The notes under the pieces: model-generated
Seen by the model: only the letters and a program-made list of their open reading frames with translations
Databases searched by the model: none
Told to the model about the DNA's origin: nothing
In this document: positions 9,433 through 19,685 of the stretch, in pieces
How the letters are laid out: each line of letters opens with the position of its first letter
How positions within the stretch are numbered: position 1 is the stretch's first letter
Assembly: GCA_000993405.1 (NCBI GenBank)
Contig: LBWB01000009.1
Span: 13,848-77,847 of the forward strand
Length of the DNA stretch: 64,000 nt
Origin: Candidatus Woesebacteria bacterium GW2011_GWB1_39_12
Lineage (GTDB): Bacteria; Patescibacteriota; Microgenomatia; UBA8517
Reading direction: 5' to 3'
Program-made: the position numbers and the translations under genes

Positions 9433-9792
9433 TTGGCGGAAATGGAAAGAATACTTAGAAAAGGCAAAGAAATAGACCCAAAAAATCAATCTTTTATAAT
9501 AGAATTTGCAGGTACACCTCTTTGGAAACGTGGAGAGAAAATTCAAGTATATGGAGATTATTTAAAACATTCTTTTGGTTTCGATGTAAGATATAACGCA
9601 ATCGACCCGACACAAGAGACAGAACTTATAACTACTGAGGATGTTTTAATACTCGCACTGTCAACAGTAGACCGAGTTGCGAAAAGTTCAAATAAGGGTA
9701 GATACACTGGAGTTTTACTTCCTGGGGGCATTCTGGAAGAATTGACAAAAATATGTTATTACAATATAGAGAAAAAATTGGTTTGGCAATAG
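9433..9792 (+). CDS. Hypothetical protein
   Basis: 119 aa ORF with no recognisable domain; overlaps the next ORF by 40 nt in a different frame (possible split gene). Confidence 0.35.
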   Translation: MAEMERILRKGKEIDPKNQSFIIEFAGTPLWKRGEKIQVYGDYLKHSFGFDVRYNAIDPTQETELITTEDVLILALSTVDRVAKSSNKGRYTGVLLPGGILEELTKICYYNIEKKLVWQ

Positions 9793-10163
9793 TTGTATTG
9801 CTTTCACCCACCACTTCTTTATCTGAAGATACCATTGCTTCTTTGCATTACGAGAAACACGACCAATATGAGTTATTATCCTCGTTAAGTTCTAAACCCA
9901 GAAGAATAATGAACGAAGGAAATTTAATAGAATTAAACGGGTGTTTTGTAGATACAATACGAGAATATGGGGGAGGGTTTAACAAAATTCACACAGTCGA
10001 CTTAAGAGATATTGAGTTACCTTTTCGAGAAGAAAAAATAGGACTCGCATTTGCGGGGGGGATTTGGACAGGACTTTTTACCCTTTACCCGGTTCGTTTC
10101 CGCTTCGCGAATACAAACCTCTTCCTAAAACACCACTTCTTGTACAAAAAACAGACTAATTAA
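9753..10163 (+). CDS. Hypothetical protein
   Basis: 136 aa ORF with no recognisable domain. Confidence 0.35.
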   Translation: MLLQYREKIGLAIVVLLSPTTSLSEDTIASLHYEKHDQYELLSSLSSKPRRIMNEGNLIELNGCFVDTIREYGGGFNKIHTVDLRDIELPFREEKIGLAFAGGIWTGLFTLYPVRFRFANTNLFLKHHFLYKKQTN

Positions 10164-10197
10164 CACCGTGCGCTGATTAGGTTCTAACTTGGGGTAA

Positions 10198-11376
10198 TTA
10201 TTCGCTGAATTCGGAAAGAGTTGCGGAAAGTTGAAGTGTTTCACCATCGCGCCAGACTTCTAGCGTTATTGATTGACCGGCTTTTTTCTTGGAAATTAAA
10301 TCAGCCAGTCCGCCGTCGTCCCCTTTTACTTCTTCGCCGTCGAATTTAGTAATGATATCGTTTGGCTTAATCCCTGCACTTGCGGCAGGAGAATTTTCAA
10401 CCACCTCAACAACATAAGCTCCCTGCGGAACTTTATTTAAAATTGCAGTCTCCTGATCGACCATTTGGTACTGAACACCCAAGAAAGGCTTGGAGGCAAA
10501 CGATCCCGATTTTTTAAACTGATCCAGCGCATCTCTGACCAAATTAATAGGAATTGCAAATCCGATGTTTTCTGCTCCTTGAGCAACGGCAACATTAACC
10601 CCAATTACCTGTCCCGCACTATTTAGAAGCGGCCCACCCGAATTTCCGGGGTTTATGGCCGCGTCTGTTTGGATAACGTCATCTAGTCTTTCGACAAATC
10701 CCTCAAAAGCGCTACCCGCAGTAATTCCCCGACCAAGTCCCGAGATAACTCCGGTCGTAACCGTATGCCTGAATTCTCCCAAAGCAGTTCCAATGGCAAT
10801 CACAAACTGACCAACTTTGAGGTTACCCGACTCACCCAGTTCAACCGGTTGAAGCGCTTGCCCTGAGCCCGCCGAAGGGTCTATCTTTAGTACGGCTAAA
10901 TCATTCGAAGGATCGCGACTGACTTTTTGAACCTCATACTCTTTGCCGTCTTTGGTTATCACCTTATATTTAGAATCCGTATCCGAAACTACATGTTTAT
11001 TCGTTATGATAAGTCCGTCTTCGGAAACGACAAAACCGGACCCTATATCCTGAGGTTGTCCTCCCTCGATGCGAGATCTAAATCCCCCGCCAAAAGGATT
11101 AAACTCCAAAATTCTTCTCTGGGGCGTCTGGATAGAAACGGTTACCACGGATGGGGAAACGCGATCTGCAACATTTATGACAACCGATTCTTCGCTCAAG
11201 ACTTTCTGTTCAATTGTCCCGGTTCTAAAACCGCCTGAGCTATCTCTTGCAACTAAAAGGTCTAATGGCTTAATCACAAAAAATCTGTCAGCTAAAGCAC
11301 CGCCCAAGGCAGATACCAGGACAACAAACCCGACCACAAGACCTATCACTAAACCTTGAAATTTTGATCTATTCAT
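10198..11376 (-). CDS. htrA: Trypsin-like serine protease HtrA/DegP family with C-terminal PDZ domain
   Basis: N-terminal TM anchor; catalytic triad context (ITNKHVV, DLAVLKI, GNSGGPLLN); PDZ domain at C-terminus. Confidence 0.9.
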   Translation of the reverse strand: MNRSKFQGLVIGLVVGFVVLVSALGGALADRFFVIKPLDLLVARDSSGGFRTGTIEQKVLSEESVVINVADRVSPSVVTVSIQTPQRRILEFNPFGGGFRSRIEGGQPQDIGSGFVVSEDGLIITNKHVVSDTDSKYKVITKDGKEYEVQKVSRDPSNDLAVLKIDPSAGSGQALQPVELGESGNLKVGQFVIAIGTALGEFRHTVTTGVISGLGRGITAGSAFEGFVERLDDVIQTDAAINPGNSGGPLLNSAGQVIGVNVAVAQGAENIGFAIPINLVRDALDQFKKSGSFASKPFLGVQYQMVDQETAILNKVPQGAYVVEVVENSPAASAGIKPNDIITKFDGEEVKGDDGGLADLISKKKAGQSITLEVWRDGETLQLSATLSEFSE

Positions 11377-11425
11377 ATACCCACTTTACTATAACTTATC
11401 TATTCTGAGAATTTCCTGAAATTAT

Positions 11426-12697
11426 TTAAGATCCGAGTAATTCAACTGCCTTTTCCAGCTGTTCATCCTCTTCCGTATCCTCTTTATCCTCTATCTCTAT
11501 ATCCGGTTTTAAACCTCCCTCATTCACCCAGAGTCCATTAGGAGTAAGCCACTTGGCAATTGTAATATGAAGTCCTGCTCCGCCGTCAACATCCATAGGC
11601 TCTTGAATAGTTCCCTTGCCGAAAGTCGTTTCGCCTACAAGCTCTGCCCTGTTATTATCTCTTAAAGCTCCTGCCAAAATTTCCGATGCCGAGGCCGACC
11701 CTTCATTAATTAAAACAACCACATCGACCTTTCTCAGTCTTCCAATTTTTTCTACCTTGTATTCGTTTCTGGTTCCGTCTCCTCCCTCTTCGATTACGAC
11801 CGTATCTTTATTTTCCAGAAAATCGGAGGAAAGCTCTACCGCCTTCTCCAAATAGCCTCCCGGATTATTGCGCACGTCAAGAATTACACCTTTCAGGTTA
11901 GTCTTCTTGACTAGTTCTATTACCGCCTTCTCCCATTCGCTGCTCGTTTCTGCTGAAAATTTTAAAACCTTGATATAAGCAATGGAATCACCGTCACCCC
12001 TATATTCGAGAACTATACTTGGCACATTTATACTTTGTCTTACAACTTCAACCTCAAACGGCTCATCCTTGCCTTCCCTTAATAGGGTAAGAGTTACGGA
12101 GGTCCCAGCCGGACCTCTTATCGCTTCAACCGCATCCGTAATTGAAATCCCGTCTGTTCCCTCATTAATTTTTCTGGATTCGTCCTTTATGACAAGTATC
12201 AGGTCTCCCGCTCTAACACCCGCTTTTTCCGCAGGCGTGCCGGGCAAAGGCGCAATCACTGCCAACCGAGTTCCTTTAAAGCCTATTTGAATTCCAACTC
12301 CCTCGAATGTTCCTTGTAGATCCTCCTGAACTACCTTCTTCTCTTGAGGAGGCAAAAAGACTGTATAAGGGTCTCCCAAGGCAGAAACCATTCCGCGTAT
12401 TGCGCCGTAGACCATTTCGGACGGGATTATTTTTGATTTATCGTAGTATTTTGCGCCTAGGGTGTCCCAAACTTTCCAAAAAAGTTCAAAGTCTACATTT
12501 TGATTTTGAGGAATCTCTCTTGAGATTTTTACTTCTGGAAAGCCAAGGCTGGCCTTATAGCCTTTAAAACCTGAGGTATACCCTAATCCAAAAGAAACAG
12601 AAACTATAATAGCGAGAGTCAAGGCGTTTCTAACAAGACGCAGGTTAAACTTGAGAAAATTTATTTTTGACATACCAACCATTTTATACGCTTCCAC
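11426..12697 (-). CDS. ctpA: Carboxyl-terminal processing protease (S41 family) with PDZ domain
   Basis: 423 aa; S41 tail-specific protease core (GVGIQIG, NEGSASASEI). Confidence 0.85.
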   Translation of the reverse strand: MEAYKMVGMSKINFLKFNLRLVRNALTLAIIVSVSFGLGYTSGFKGYKASLGFPEVKISREIPQNQNVDFELFWKVWDTLGAKYYDKSKIIPSEMVYGAIRGMVSALGDPYTVFLPPQEKKVVQEDLQGTFEGVGIQIGFKGTRLAVIAPLPGTPAEKAGVRAGDLILVIKDESRKINEGTDGISITDAVEAIRGPAGTSVTLTLLREGKDEPFEVEVVRQSINVPSIVLEYRGDGDSIAYIKVLKFSAETSSEWEKAVIELVKKTNLKGVILDVRNNPGGYLEKAVELSSDFLENKDTVVIEEGGDGTRNEYKVEKIGRLRKVDVVVLINEGSASASEILAGALRDNNRAELVGETTFGKGTIQEPMDVDGGAGLHITIAKWLTPNGLWVNEGGLKPDIEIEDKEDTEEDEQLEKAVELLGS

Positions 12698-12740
12698 GCT
12701 AGAAAATCTAGCTTAAGTTACGGAAATTACACTCTTTGCC

Positions 12741-12989
12741 TCAAGCCGAGGGTGTAAAGGGAAGTAAACCCAGATAACGCGCCCTTTTAATCGAAAGCGA
12801 TAATATTCTTTGGTGTCGGGCGCATACTCCGCTTCGGTCACGACCTAAAATTTTTCCTCTGTCGGATAAAAACCTCTCTAATCTTTTGTAGTCCTTGTAA
12901 TCGGGAACCAAATGCTCTTCACAAAAGGGACACTTTAAATCTCTTTTAATTTCGCGTGTTTGCCGTTTTTGCTTGTTTTTTTTCAGCAT
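12741..12989 (-). CDS. rpsR: 30S ribosomal protein S18
   Basis: CPFC...DYKDYKRLERFLSDRGKILGRDRSGVCARHQRILSLSIKRARYLGLLPF. Confidence 0.9.
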   Translation of the reverse strand: MLKKNKQKRQTREIKRDLKCPFCEEHLVPDYKDYKRLERFLSDRGKILGRDRSGVCARHQRILSLSIKRARYLGLLPFTPSA

Positions 12990-13004
12990 AATATGAAGAA
13001 GGCT

Positions 13005-13523
13005 CTAAAAGGGGATGTCTTCATCAACTTCTTTTTCATTACTTTCTTCATTCTTAGATTCTTTTTTGTCTGTGGTTTTTTTCTTGGCTGGTTTAACGGA
13101 AGACGGCGTCTCCTCGGTAACCGGTTCGGCAGTCGTTGTCTCCCCAACTTCCTCAGGGACGTCAAAATCCTGTACTTCGTGCGGGCCCATGCGGGAGTCC
13201 AGTATAATCATGTCACTTGCCACAATTTCAGTGGTTGTTCTTTCATTCCCGTCCTGAGCCGTCCAGCGCCTCGTCTGAAGCCTACCCTCGATATAAACTT
13301 TTCTTCCTTTTGCCAAAAGTTGGGCACAAAGTTCGGCTAATTTATTCCAGGCAACAATTCTATGAAATTCAGCGTCTTCTTTCTTCTCACCCGACTCAGT
13401 TGTCCAATATCTATTGGTCGCCAAACCAAACGTACAAACAGCCGTACCCGCCGGTGTATATCGAAGTTCCGGGTCGCGAGTCAGGTTTCCAATTAATTCG
13501 ACTTTATTTAAACTCCTAGCCAC
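13005..13523 (-). CDS. ssb: Single-stranded DNA-binding protein
   Basis: OB-fold SSB core (KVELIGNLTRDPELRYTPAG...FHRIVAWNKLAE) and acidic C-terminal tail ending DEDIPF. Confidence 0.95.
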   Translation of the reverse strand: MARSLNKVELIGNLTRDPELRYTPAGTAVCTFGLATNRYWTTESGEKKEDAEFHRIVAWNKLAELCAQLLAKGRKVYIEGRLQTRRWTAQDGNERTTTEIVASDMIILDSRMGPHEVQDFDVPEEVGETTTAEPVTEETPSSVKPAKKKTTDKKESKNEESNEKEVDEDIPF

Positions 13524-13540
13524 TTTGTCTTACCGTATCC

Positions 13541-13840
13541 TTAAGCGGAGGCGGATAATTCCTTTCTAACTATCAAGTACCTAATTATATCACCTTCCAT
13601 CTTTAACTTTTGGTTCAAGGTTTGAGTAGATTGCGACTCCAATTCTAAATTAAAATGTAAAAACATTCCAGAACTATTCTTGGCAATCTTATGGGATAAC
13701 TCAACTTCTCCCCAATCATCTACCTTAACTACTTTACCTTTTAAGGTCTCTATAATCTTTCCCAACTTTTCCTGAGAAGTTTTTTTCTTGGCAGCCGTTG
13801 CCTTCCCGGGCAATATAACAGTTAATTCATACTTATTCAT
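13541..13840 (-). CDS. rpsF: 30S ribosomal protein S6 (start placed at MNKYELTVIL)
   Basis: S6 signature; classic rpsF-ssb-rpsR arrangement. Confidence 0.85.
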   Translation of the reverse strand: MNKYELTVILPGKATAAKKKTSQEKLGKIIETLKGKVVKVDDWGEVELSHKIAKNSSGMFLHFNLELESQSTQTLNQKLKMEGDIIRYLIVRKELSASA

Positions 13841-13895
13841 AACGCTTGAAAGTATAACATAAATAAATATCAAACTCGATGCGAAACTACGAATA

Positions 13896-14825
13896 CTATT
13901 GTCCTACTTTGAACTCTATAACGTCTTTATCTTGGACAACGTAATCTTTTCCTTCGAGTCCAACCCTACCTTTTTCCTTTGCATCTTTCCAACTACCAAT
14001 ATCAAGAAGGCTTTTAACATTAATCACCTCTGCTTTAATAAATTTTTTTGCAAAATCAGTGTGAACCCGTCCGGCCGCGTCTAACGCGGTTTCTCCCTTT
14101 TTTAAACTCCACGCACTTACCTCTTTCTCACCCTTAATCGTATAAAAAGTTATTAAATCAAGTAGTTTATAAGCTTCAAGGATCAGCCTTTCCAAACCCG
14201 ATCTCTCCCACTGAAGCATCTTAAACATTTCTGCCTTTTCAACATTATCCAAGTCGATCATCTCCTCTTCAAGTTTTCCCGCAATAGCCAAAACTTCTCC
14301 TTTAAACTTTTCCTCGATTAGCTTAGTTAACTGACCAACTTGATTTACTTTTTCCTCATCTACATTGAGCACATATATTGTCGGTTTCTTCTCAATTCCT
14401 CCAAGTTCGAGTTCCAAGTTTACAAGTTCTATATCTTCCAAAATCTGATGCTCGCTTCCCACTGGATGCGAAGTATGCGGATGAGAAACTTTTTCATCGC
14501 TAAATGCGCGAACAACATGGACAATTGCATCAACCTCGCGAATTTTGCCTAAAAACTGATTTCCCAATCCTTCTCCCTTATGCGCGTCCTTAACAAGACC
14601 CGCAATGTCTATAAATGTAACCGTTGCAGGAACACACTTCTCGGGCTTAATAAGATCACAAAGTCTATGGAAATCCTCGTCGTGCACAGGAACAACAGCC
14701 TCATGGGGATCTATTGTCGTAAAAGGACGGGGTGCGGTTTCAGATAACCGACGAGAAGCCAGCGCGTTAAAAAGCGTGCTCTTCCCCGCATTCGCAAGAC
14801 CCACAATTCCAACTGATAAACTCAT
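13896..14825 (-). CDS. ychF: Ribosome-binding ATPase YchF (Obg family GTPase)
   Basis: G1 motif GIVGLANAGKSTLFNAL; FTTIDP; C-terminal TGS-like domain. Confidence 0.9.
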   Translation of the reverse strand: MSLSVGIVGLANAGKSTLFNALASRRLSETAPRPFTTIDPHEAVVPVHDEDFHRLCDLIKPEKCVPATVTFIDIAGLVKDAHKGEGLGNQFLGKIREVDAIVHVVRAFSDEKVSHPHTSHPVGSEHQILEDIELVNLELELGGIEKKPTIYVLNVDEEKVNQVGQLTKLIEEKFKGEVLAIAGKLEEEMIDLDNVEKAEMFKMLQWERSGLERLILEAYKLLDLITFYTIKGEKEVSAWSLKKGETALDAAGRVHTDFAKKFIKAEVINVKSLLDIGSWKDAKEKGRVGLEGKDYVVQDKDVIEFKVGQ

Positions 14826-14884
14826 GAAGCTATTGTACTGCAAACACAAATATATTTCTTATAGTTTCGCTGATTTGAGCATAA

Positions 14885-15685
14885 CTACACTAATTCTCTT
14901 GCAATGCTTTCAGACTTAGTATTGTAAATTATTGGATTTAACCTTCTTCGGATATCACTTGCAATTCGTAATGCAACTTCTCCTTTTGGTGCAGACGCAT
15001 CGATGTTAATCACTTCAGTATTTGGAAAAACTTTTTCAACAACCAAAGGAATTTCCTGGAACGCTTCACTTAGTAAGGTTAAACCTTGGACAGTTTCGTG
15101 TCTGTGTTGCCATAAAGGTTGGCCGGTTGGTTTTACTCGCTCTTCAGCAATACGTCCTTCTATTATTTTATATGCCGTTAAGGGATCGATCTGCATAAAA
15201 TAGATTTGATCATAATCGGGCAGTCTTGATATTTGTTTCATAAAACGCAAACGTTCTTCAATGGTTAATGCAGTTAGTTCCGGAGCGTAAAATTGTGCAT
15301 AGGCTGTAGGATCCGTAAAGTAGTTTCTTCCACTCAAATACAAATCGGGCTTAAATGAATCATTTGATATCCTCCTGACAACCCATCCTTGCATCATCAC
15401 ATTTGCTGTATTAGCTGCTTGAACCAAACGAATATTCGCGTCTCGATCCCCCACCTTGTGTACGTGATTAATAAATCTAAAAAAAGGAACAAAGAGCTTT
15501 CGGGTCATTCTATTACCATCTTTATCTTGCCAGATATACATCGGAGGCCTATCAAGGCGTACTATTCTAAGATCTTCTTCAAACGTTTGAAATAACAAGT
15601 CAAGTACTCCCAGAACTACAGTGTCTTTTCCGGAACCATCAGGTCCTGAAAGTGATGTGTCGAGAGGTTTTAATCGCTCAGCCAT
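14885..15685 (-). CDS. P-loop kinase-like protein (uncharacterised)
   Basis: 266 aa; N-terminal GPDGSGKDT Walker-A-like motif (atypical Asp after Lys). Confidence 0.4.
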   Translation of the reverse strand: MAERLKPLDTSLSGPDGSGKDTVVLGVLDLLFQTFEEDLRIVRLDRPPMYIWQDKDGNRMTRKLFVPFFRFINHVHKVGDRDANIRLVQAANTANVMMQGWVVRRISNDSFKPDLYLSGRNYFTDPTAYAQFYAPELTALTIEERLRFMKQISRLPDYDQIYFMQIDPLTAYKIIEGRIAEERVKPTGQPLWQHRHETVQGLTLLSEAFQEIPLVVEKVFPNTEVINIDASAPKGEVALRIASDIRRRLNPIIYNTKSESIARELV

Positions 15686-15887
15686 AGTAATATCTTAAAT
15701 ATAGAATTTGGATTTGTTATTCTATACGAACCCCAACAAACAATGACATCTTGAGGCAATTTTACTCTGAAAAAGTTTCAAAACAAAATCTGAAAGGTTA
15801 GAAGCTAATCAACCCGACGGGCTAGAACTCACTAGGATACCTACTTGAAAAGTGCCATCAGTTTTTTGTAATCTTAGAAGATCAAAA

Positions 15888-16379
15888 ATGAATAAATTTT
15901 TAGTAGTTGTGTCCGTTCTAGCAGTAATTGGGGTAAGTGTTTTTTATTTTAATAAAAATTCCCAAGTGAATAATTCAACCAATTCATCCTTACCAACCCC
16001 AACAACAATTACGCCAACTCAGGAACCGACACAAGATGTTACAATTACACCCATGCAGGAGGAATTAACAACCGAGGATTTAAAAATAGGAACAGGTGCA
16101 GAAGCTGTTGCCGGAAAAACTGTGACCGTAAATTACAAAGGAACTTTAACAAACGGCACCCAATTTGATAGCTCCTATGACCGTGGTGAACCTTTTAGCT
16201 TCGTCTTAGGTTCAGGTTTTGTAATCAAGGGTTGGGATCAGGGTGTAGCCGGAATGAAGGTTGGTGGAAAAAGAAAGCTTACTATTCCTCCTTCTCTGGG
16301 GTACGGCGCACAAGTTGCCGGAACAATTCCAGCTAACTCGACTCTGATCTTCGAAATAGAACTTCTAAAAGTTGAATAA
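15888..16379 (+). CDS. FKBP-type peptidyl-prolyl cis-trans isomerase, membrane/secretion-anchored
   Basis: FKBP core ([57 protein letters not shown]); the ORF track extends to a GTG at 15852. Confidence 0.85.
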   Translation: MNKFLVVVSVLAVIGVSVFYFNKNSQVNNSTNSSLPTPTTITPTQEPTQDVTITPMQEELTTEDLKIGTGAEAVAGKTVTVNYKGTLTNGTQFDSSYDRGEPFSFVLGSGFVIKGWDQGVAGMKVGGKRKLTIPPSLGYGAQVAGTIPANSTLIFEIELLKVE

Positions 16380-16380
16380 A

Positions 16381-16412
16381 CTACCGAGGGTTAAGAGCCC
16401 TCGGTATTCTCG
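16381..16412 (+). terminator. Stem-loop downstream of the FKBP gene (TACCGAGGG-N-CCCTCGGTA)
   Basis: 9-bp inverted repeat seen directly; weak U-tract. Confidence 0.4.
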
Positions 16413-16553
16413 CCCTTTGGGCTCAACAAGTTTGTTTCTTTGCGTTCGCTTCATCCGAGCGTTATAACACTCGTTATTCGCGAATGCTCGAAATAAACAA
16501 AAATCCGATGGATTCGAACTCAATCGACTGTTCTGCTTGATTTCTACAAAATT

Positions 16554-17369
16554 TTGTTCGATTTTGATATAATAATATATATGACCCTGGAGGCGGAAAG
16601 TACTCTATCTGCGTTGGAAATAAGGGGTCTTTCCGTTGATCGTGACCAGCCATTTTCTCCGGCAGTCACTTCCGAAAATCTTCCTGAACTAAACTGGAAA
16701 AGGACAGAGCCTCTAAATGGCGCAAATCTTACTGAAGCAGTAATATCCGCAGGAAACAAAGGTCCTCTTATTGTAGCCCGATACATAAGAAACAACTCTG
16801 GAAGAGAGAGTATGGATATCAGTTTAAGAATTCCGGCAGAAGATGCTACATGTTTTCTCCGGCACGACGCTAACGCAGACCCAGAAGGTTATAAAGATTG
16901 GGAACTTATAAAGACAGTCTCCGGAGTTAATCCAAATGGGGGTAACAAAGTTGAACGGGTTGTTTTCAAGGAAGTGTCAACCGATCCAACTTTTATTCTT
17001 GATGACCCATTAGAGGCTCGCGAGTGGCAAAAAGTTTTAGAGAATACCAGAATTTTATTATCATCACTTCCCAATGATTATCCCGAAAAAGAAATCCTAT
17101 CGGCTGCATGGCAGCAAGTTAGTGTGACAGATGAAGCTACTCACACAGCTTTACTTGAGCAACAAGGAGCCCTAAAGAAACAAAGTGAGCAGGAGGAACA
17201 ACGAAGACAAATGGAAATACTATTTCCTCCAACAAAAAAACAAACTTTCATTCAACGAACTCTCGGACGCATAACTACCTTTCTCCAAGGACCGAATGGT
17301 TACGGAAGCGAGAGATCACAACCGCAAGACCCCGGGTCATTCCACGACAAGCAATATTACAGACGCTAA
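16554..17369 (+). CDS. Hypothetical protein (compositionally GC-richer than neighbours)
   Basis: 271 aa ORF, no recognisable domain. Confidence 0.5.
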   Translation: MFDFDIIIYMTLEAESTLSALEIRGLSVDRDQPFSPAVTSENLPELNWKRTEPLNGANLTEAVISAGNKGPLIVARYIRNNSGRESMDISLRIPAEDATCFLRHDANADPEGYKDWELIKTVSGVNPNGGNKVERVVFKEVSTDPTFILDDPLEAREWQKVLENTRILLSSLPNDYPEKEILSAAWQQVSVTDEATHTALLEQQGALKKQSEQEEQRRQMEILFPPTKKQTFIQRTLGRITTFLQGPNGYGSERSQPQDPGSFHDKQYYRR

Positions 17370-17380
17370 AAATAATCTTT

Positions 17381-17806
17381 TCATTTTTTATATAACGATT
17401 TCTCAAATTTATAGTGCGGCGAATCGGGATAGGTTTTCACTAATTCTAATTTATTTCCTTCGGGATCAAATAGCCAAACATTTTTATTATTATCACGAGT
17501 ATCAAGAATTTCAGAATCAAATACTACCCCCTTTTGTTCCATTTCTTCTTTAGACTTAGCTAAATCGTCAACCGTAAAACTTATATGCCGAACTCCAACA
17601 CTTTTACTATCGTCAAAAGAAGGTTTTTCCTCTCCACCCAAACATAATTCCAAATATTGCCCTTCAGATATATGAAGATAAACTATACGCAAACTTCCGT
17701 CATCATTATTAATTCTAAAAGCTTCCTTAAACCCCATGCCTTTACAATAAAATTCCAACATCTTATCGATATCCTTTACTCTTATTGCAACGTGTCCAAA
17801 TCTCAT
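17381..17806 (-). CDS. VOC family (glyoxalase/bleomycin-resistance fold) protein
   Basis: MRFGHVAIRVKDIDKMLEFY... typical VOC N-terminus. Confidence 0.75.
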   Translation of the reverse strand: MRFGHVAIRVKDIDKMLEFYCKGMGFKEAFRINNDDGSLRIVYLHISEGQYLELCLGGEEKPSFDDSKSVGVRHISFTVDDLAKSKEEMEQKGVVFDSEILDTRDNNKNVWLFDPEGNKLELVKTYPDSPHYKFEKSLYKK

Positions 17807-18048
17807 ATTTTCTCAACTCTTTCTTTAAACTCATCAACCGCTCCCTTCCAACCCCACTTAGTAAGGTAAGGAGGTAGAACTTCTTTAATATCAACCTCTC
17901 CAATAGCAGCTTTCTTATAATCGCCTTTGAAGAACGGGAGTATCTCTTCAATCGGAACATCATAATCCTGCGAGTAAGTCTCACTGAAGTATTTATTTCG
18001 AGGTCGAATCACAACCCCATCTGCATCTAATAATAAAAATTTACTCAT
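17803..18048 (-). CDS. Small protein with HAD motif I (DADGVV); possible truncated HAD hydrolase
   Basis: 81 aa; LLLDADGVV only, later HAD motifs absent. Confidence 0.35.
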   Translation of the reverse strand: MSKFLLLDADGVVIRPRNKYFSETYSQDYDVPIEEILPFFKGDYKKAAIGEVDIKEVLPPYLTKWGWKGAVDEFKERVEKI

Positions 18049-18054
18049 TTATAT

Positions 18055-18645
18055 TTAAGTTAAATACTTTTCTGGAAAGTCTCCAGAATTTTCCATCACA
18101 AATCTATTTCTATTCTCGAAAGCTTTTTTGACTTCTGGTAGAACTATTTTCCTGTTCCAATCTTTTAATGCTTTTCCTTTATTATCTTCCATCAATTCCT
18201 CAAAAGTTTTGTGTGGACTTTCTAACCACCAAAGTGAATAAAATGGACCAACCATATGTGATGCTGCATCTGCTGAAGATGTTATTTGAACCTCGATTGG
18301 AGCTTTTGTTAACTCAAATTCCATTTTGCTTTCAAAAATTCTTAAGTACTGAATAGCTTTATCTGTAAATTCTTGCTCGAATCCAATTTCTTCCATTAAT
18401 TTTGCAGTTACTTCAGTAATCTTTTCCACGCCATCTCGAATGCCAAGAATTTTTCCATAATCATGAATCCAAATAAGAGTTTTAACTAAGTTTCTGTTTG
18501 CATTTTTATATATGTCACAAAGTTCAAGAGCGATTTGTTCAACTATATTTAGGTGATATTTAACAAACCATTTATGATGAATAAAGTCGGGGTTAAAAGA
18601 CGCTTTCGTAACTTTCGCTCTCAATTTGTCGATTAAATGATCCAT
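18055..18645 (-). CDS. HD-domain phosphohydrolase
   Basis: H...HD motif (HHKW...WIHDYGK). Confidence 0.7.
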   Translation of the reverse strand: MDHLIDKLRAKVTKASFNPDFIHHKWFVKYHLNIVEQIALELCDIYKNANRNLVKTLIWIHDYGKILGIRDGVEKITEVTAKLMEEIGFEQEFTDKAIQYLRIFESKMEFELTKAPIEVQITSSADAASHMVGPFYSLWWLESPHKTFEELMEDNKGKALKDWNRKIVLPEVKKAFENRNRFVMENSGDFPEKYLT

Positions 18646-18661
18646 AGTTACAAATGTAAAT

Positions 18662-19036
18662 TTATTTAATTGGGTGGGAGTACATCTTTTCGTTATATGC
18701 TGGTATAGAAATTAGAAGCAGGGTTCCTTTGCCATATATTTCATATTTTGATACACCTTTTAAGTAGACATATTCCTTGTTTCTTAGTACTTGTTCCTCA
18801 AAATTCCCCTTGTCATACAATGTGAACTTAAATTCTCCAGCCACTACAACATATAATGCAGTAAATCCTTCATAGAGTTGTATAATTACTTTCTCGTCTG
18901 ACGGATCCCTTGCATTATCAAGGTCCATATAGGCCAAGGAGTATTCTTTAGATGTGGGATCTGTAATCTCTAGATCAAATCCTTCTCCCTTATGCACCTT
19001 CTTAAAATCGTCTATTTTAATTATTTTATGGCTCAT
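18662..19036 (-). CDS. Hypothetical protein
   Basis: 124 aa ORF. Confidence 0.45.
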   Translation of the reverse strand: MSHKIIKIDDFKKVHKGEGFDLEITDPTSKEYSLAYMDLDNARDPSDEKVIIQLYEGFTALYVVVAGEFKFTLYDKGNFEEQVLRNKEYVYLKGVSKYEIYGKGTLLLISIPAYNEKMYSHPIK

Positions 19037-19045
19037 AAAATGAAA

Positions 19046-19618
19046 TTAATCCAAAATTTCCTCTAACAATTCAGGAAACTTGTGAGATTTCATATCTTCA
19101 TAACAGAAGTGTCCGTAATTATGAAATTCCTTATATTTAAGTCCTTTTACTTTTGCACGAACAATTTCTACTGTCTTTTGAACGCTTTCTTGATCGTTGT
19201 CCGAAGCAAAAATCGTTACCCCTTTTGTTCTCTTTGGAAAATCAGGATCAATCTCAAAATCATCAAAGAAGTCTTTTGTTTTATCGTGATGTGGATCAAG
19301 CCAAGGAGCAACTAATACTACTTTTCCAATTTTTAATTTTGGATGAATACTTAAATATTTAATGAAGTAACCACTGCCTGTGCTATGTCCTACCAATATA
19401 GTTTCAGGTGTAATATCAAAACGTTCTACTTCTTTTGTCCAAACCTTCCAGTTCCTATCGTATGAATTTGGAACTTCTGGTGTTGCTGCTGCAATATCGT
19501 GTTTTAAGAGTTGTCCTTGAAGCCAAGGGATCCAGTGAGCATTGCTCATACTTGGAGCTTCAGGATCGTAATACTCCTTCTTACTCGGACCACCGTGTAA
19601 GATAATTGCGTTTTTCAT
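19046..19618 (-). CDS. Alpha/beta serine hydrolase, YdeN/RBBP9-like
   Basis: GHSTGSG nucleophile elbow; 190 aa. Confidence 0.7.
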   Translation of the reverse strand: MKNAIILHGGPSKKEYYDPEAPSMSNAHWIPWLQGQLLKHDIAAATPEVPNSYDRNWKVWTKEVERFDITPETILVGHSTGSGYFIKYLSIHPKLKIGKVVLVAPWLDPHHDKTKDFFDDFEIDPDFPKRTKGVTIFASDNDQESVQKTVEIVRAKVKGLKYKEFHNYGHFCYEDMKSHKFPELLEEILD

Positions 19619-19685
19619 ATTAAATTTTGTTTTTCTAAGAAACTCCTGACAATTTTAACAATAGGATAGTTCATATAATTTCTTA

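Noticed and set aside
9433-10163. Merging ORFs 9433-9792 and 9753-10163 into one frameshifted pseudogene
   Set aside because: No recognisable homology on either side to support a single ancestral gene. Left as two hypothetical ORFs with low confidence.
16490-16545. tRNA-like TTCGAA/GGATTCGAACTC segment upstream of the 16554 gene
   Set aside because: No acceptor or T-stem pairing can be drawn on either strand; only a chance T-loop-like hexamer.
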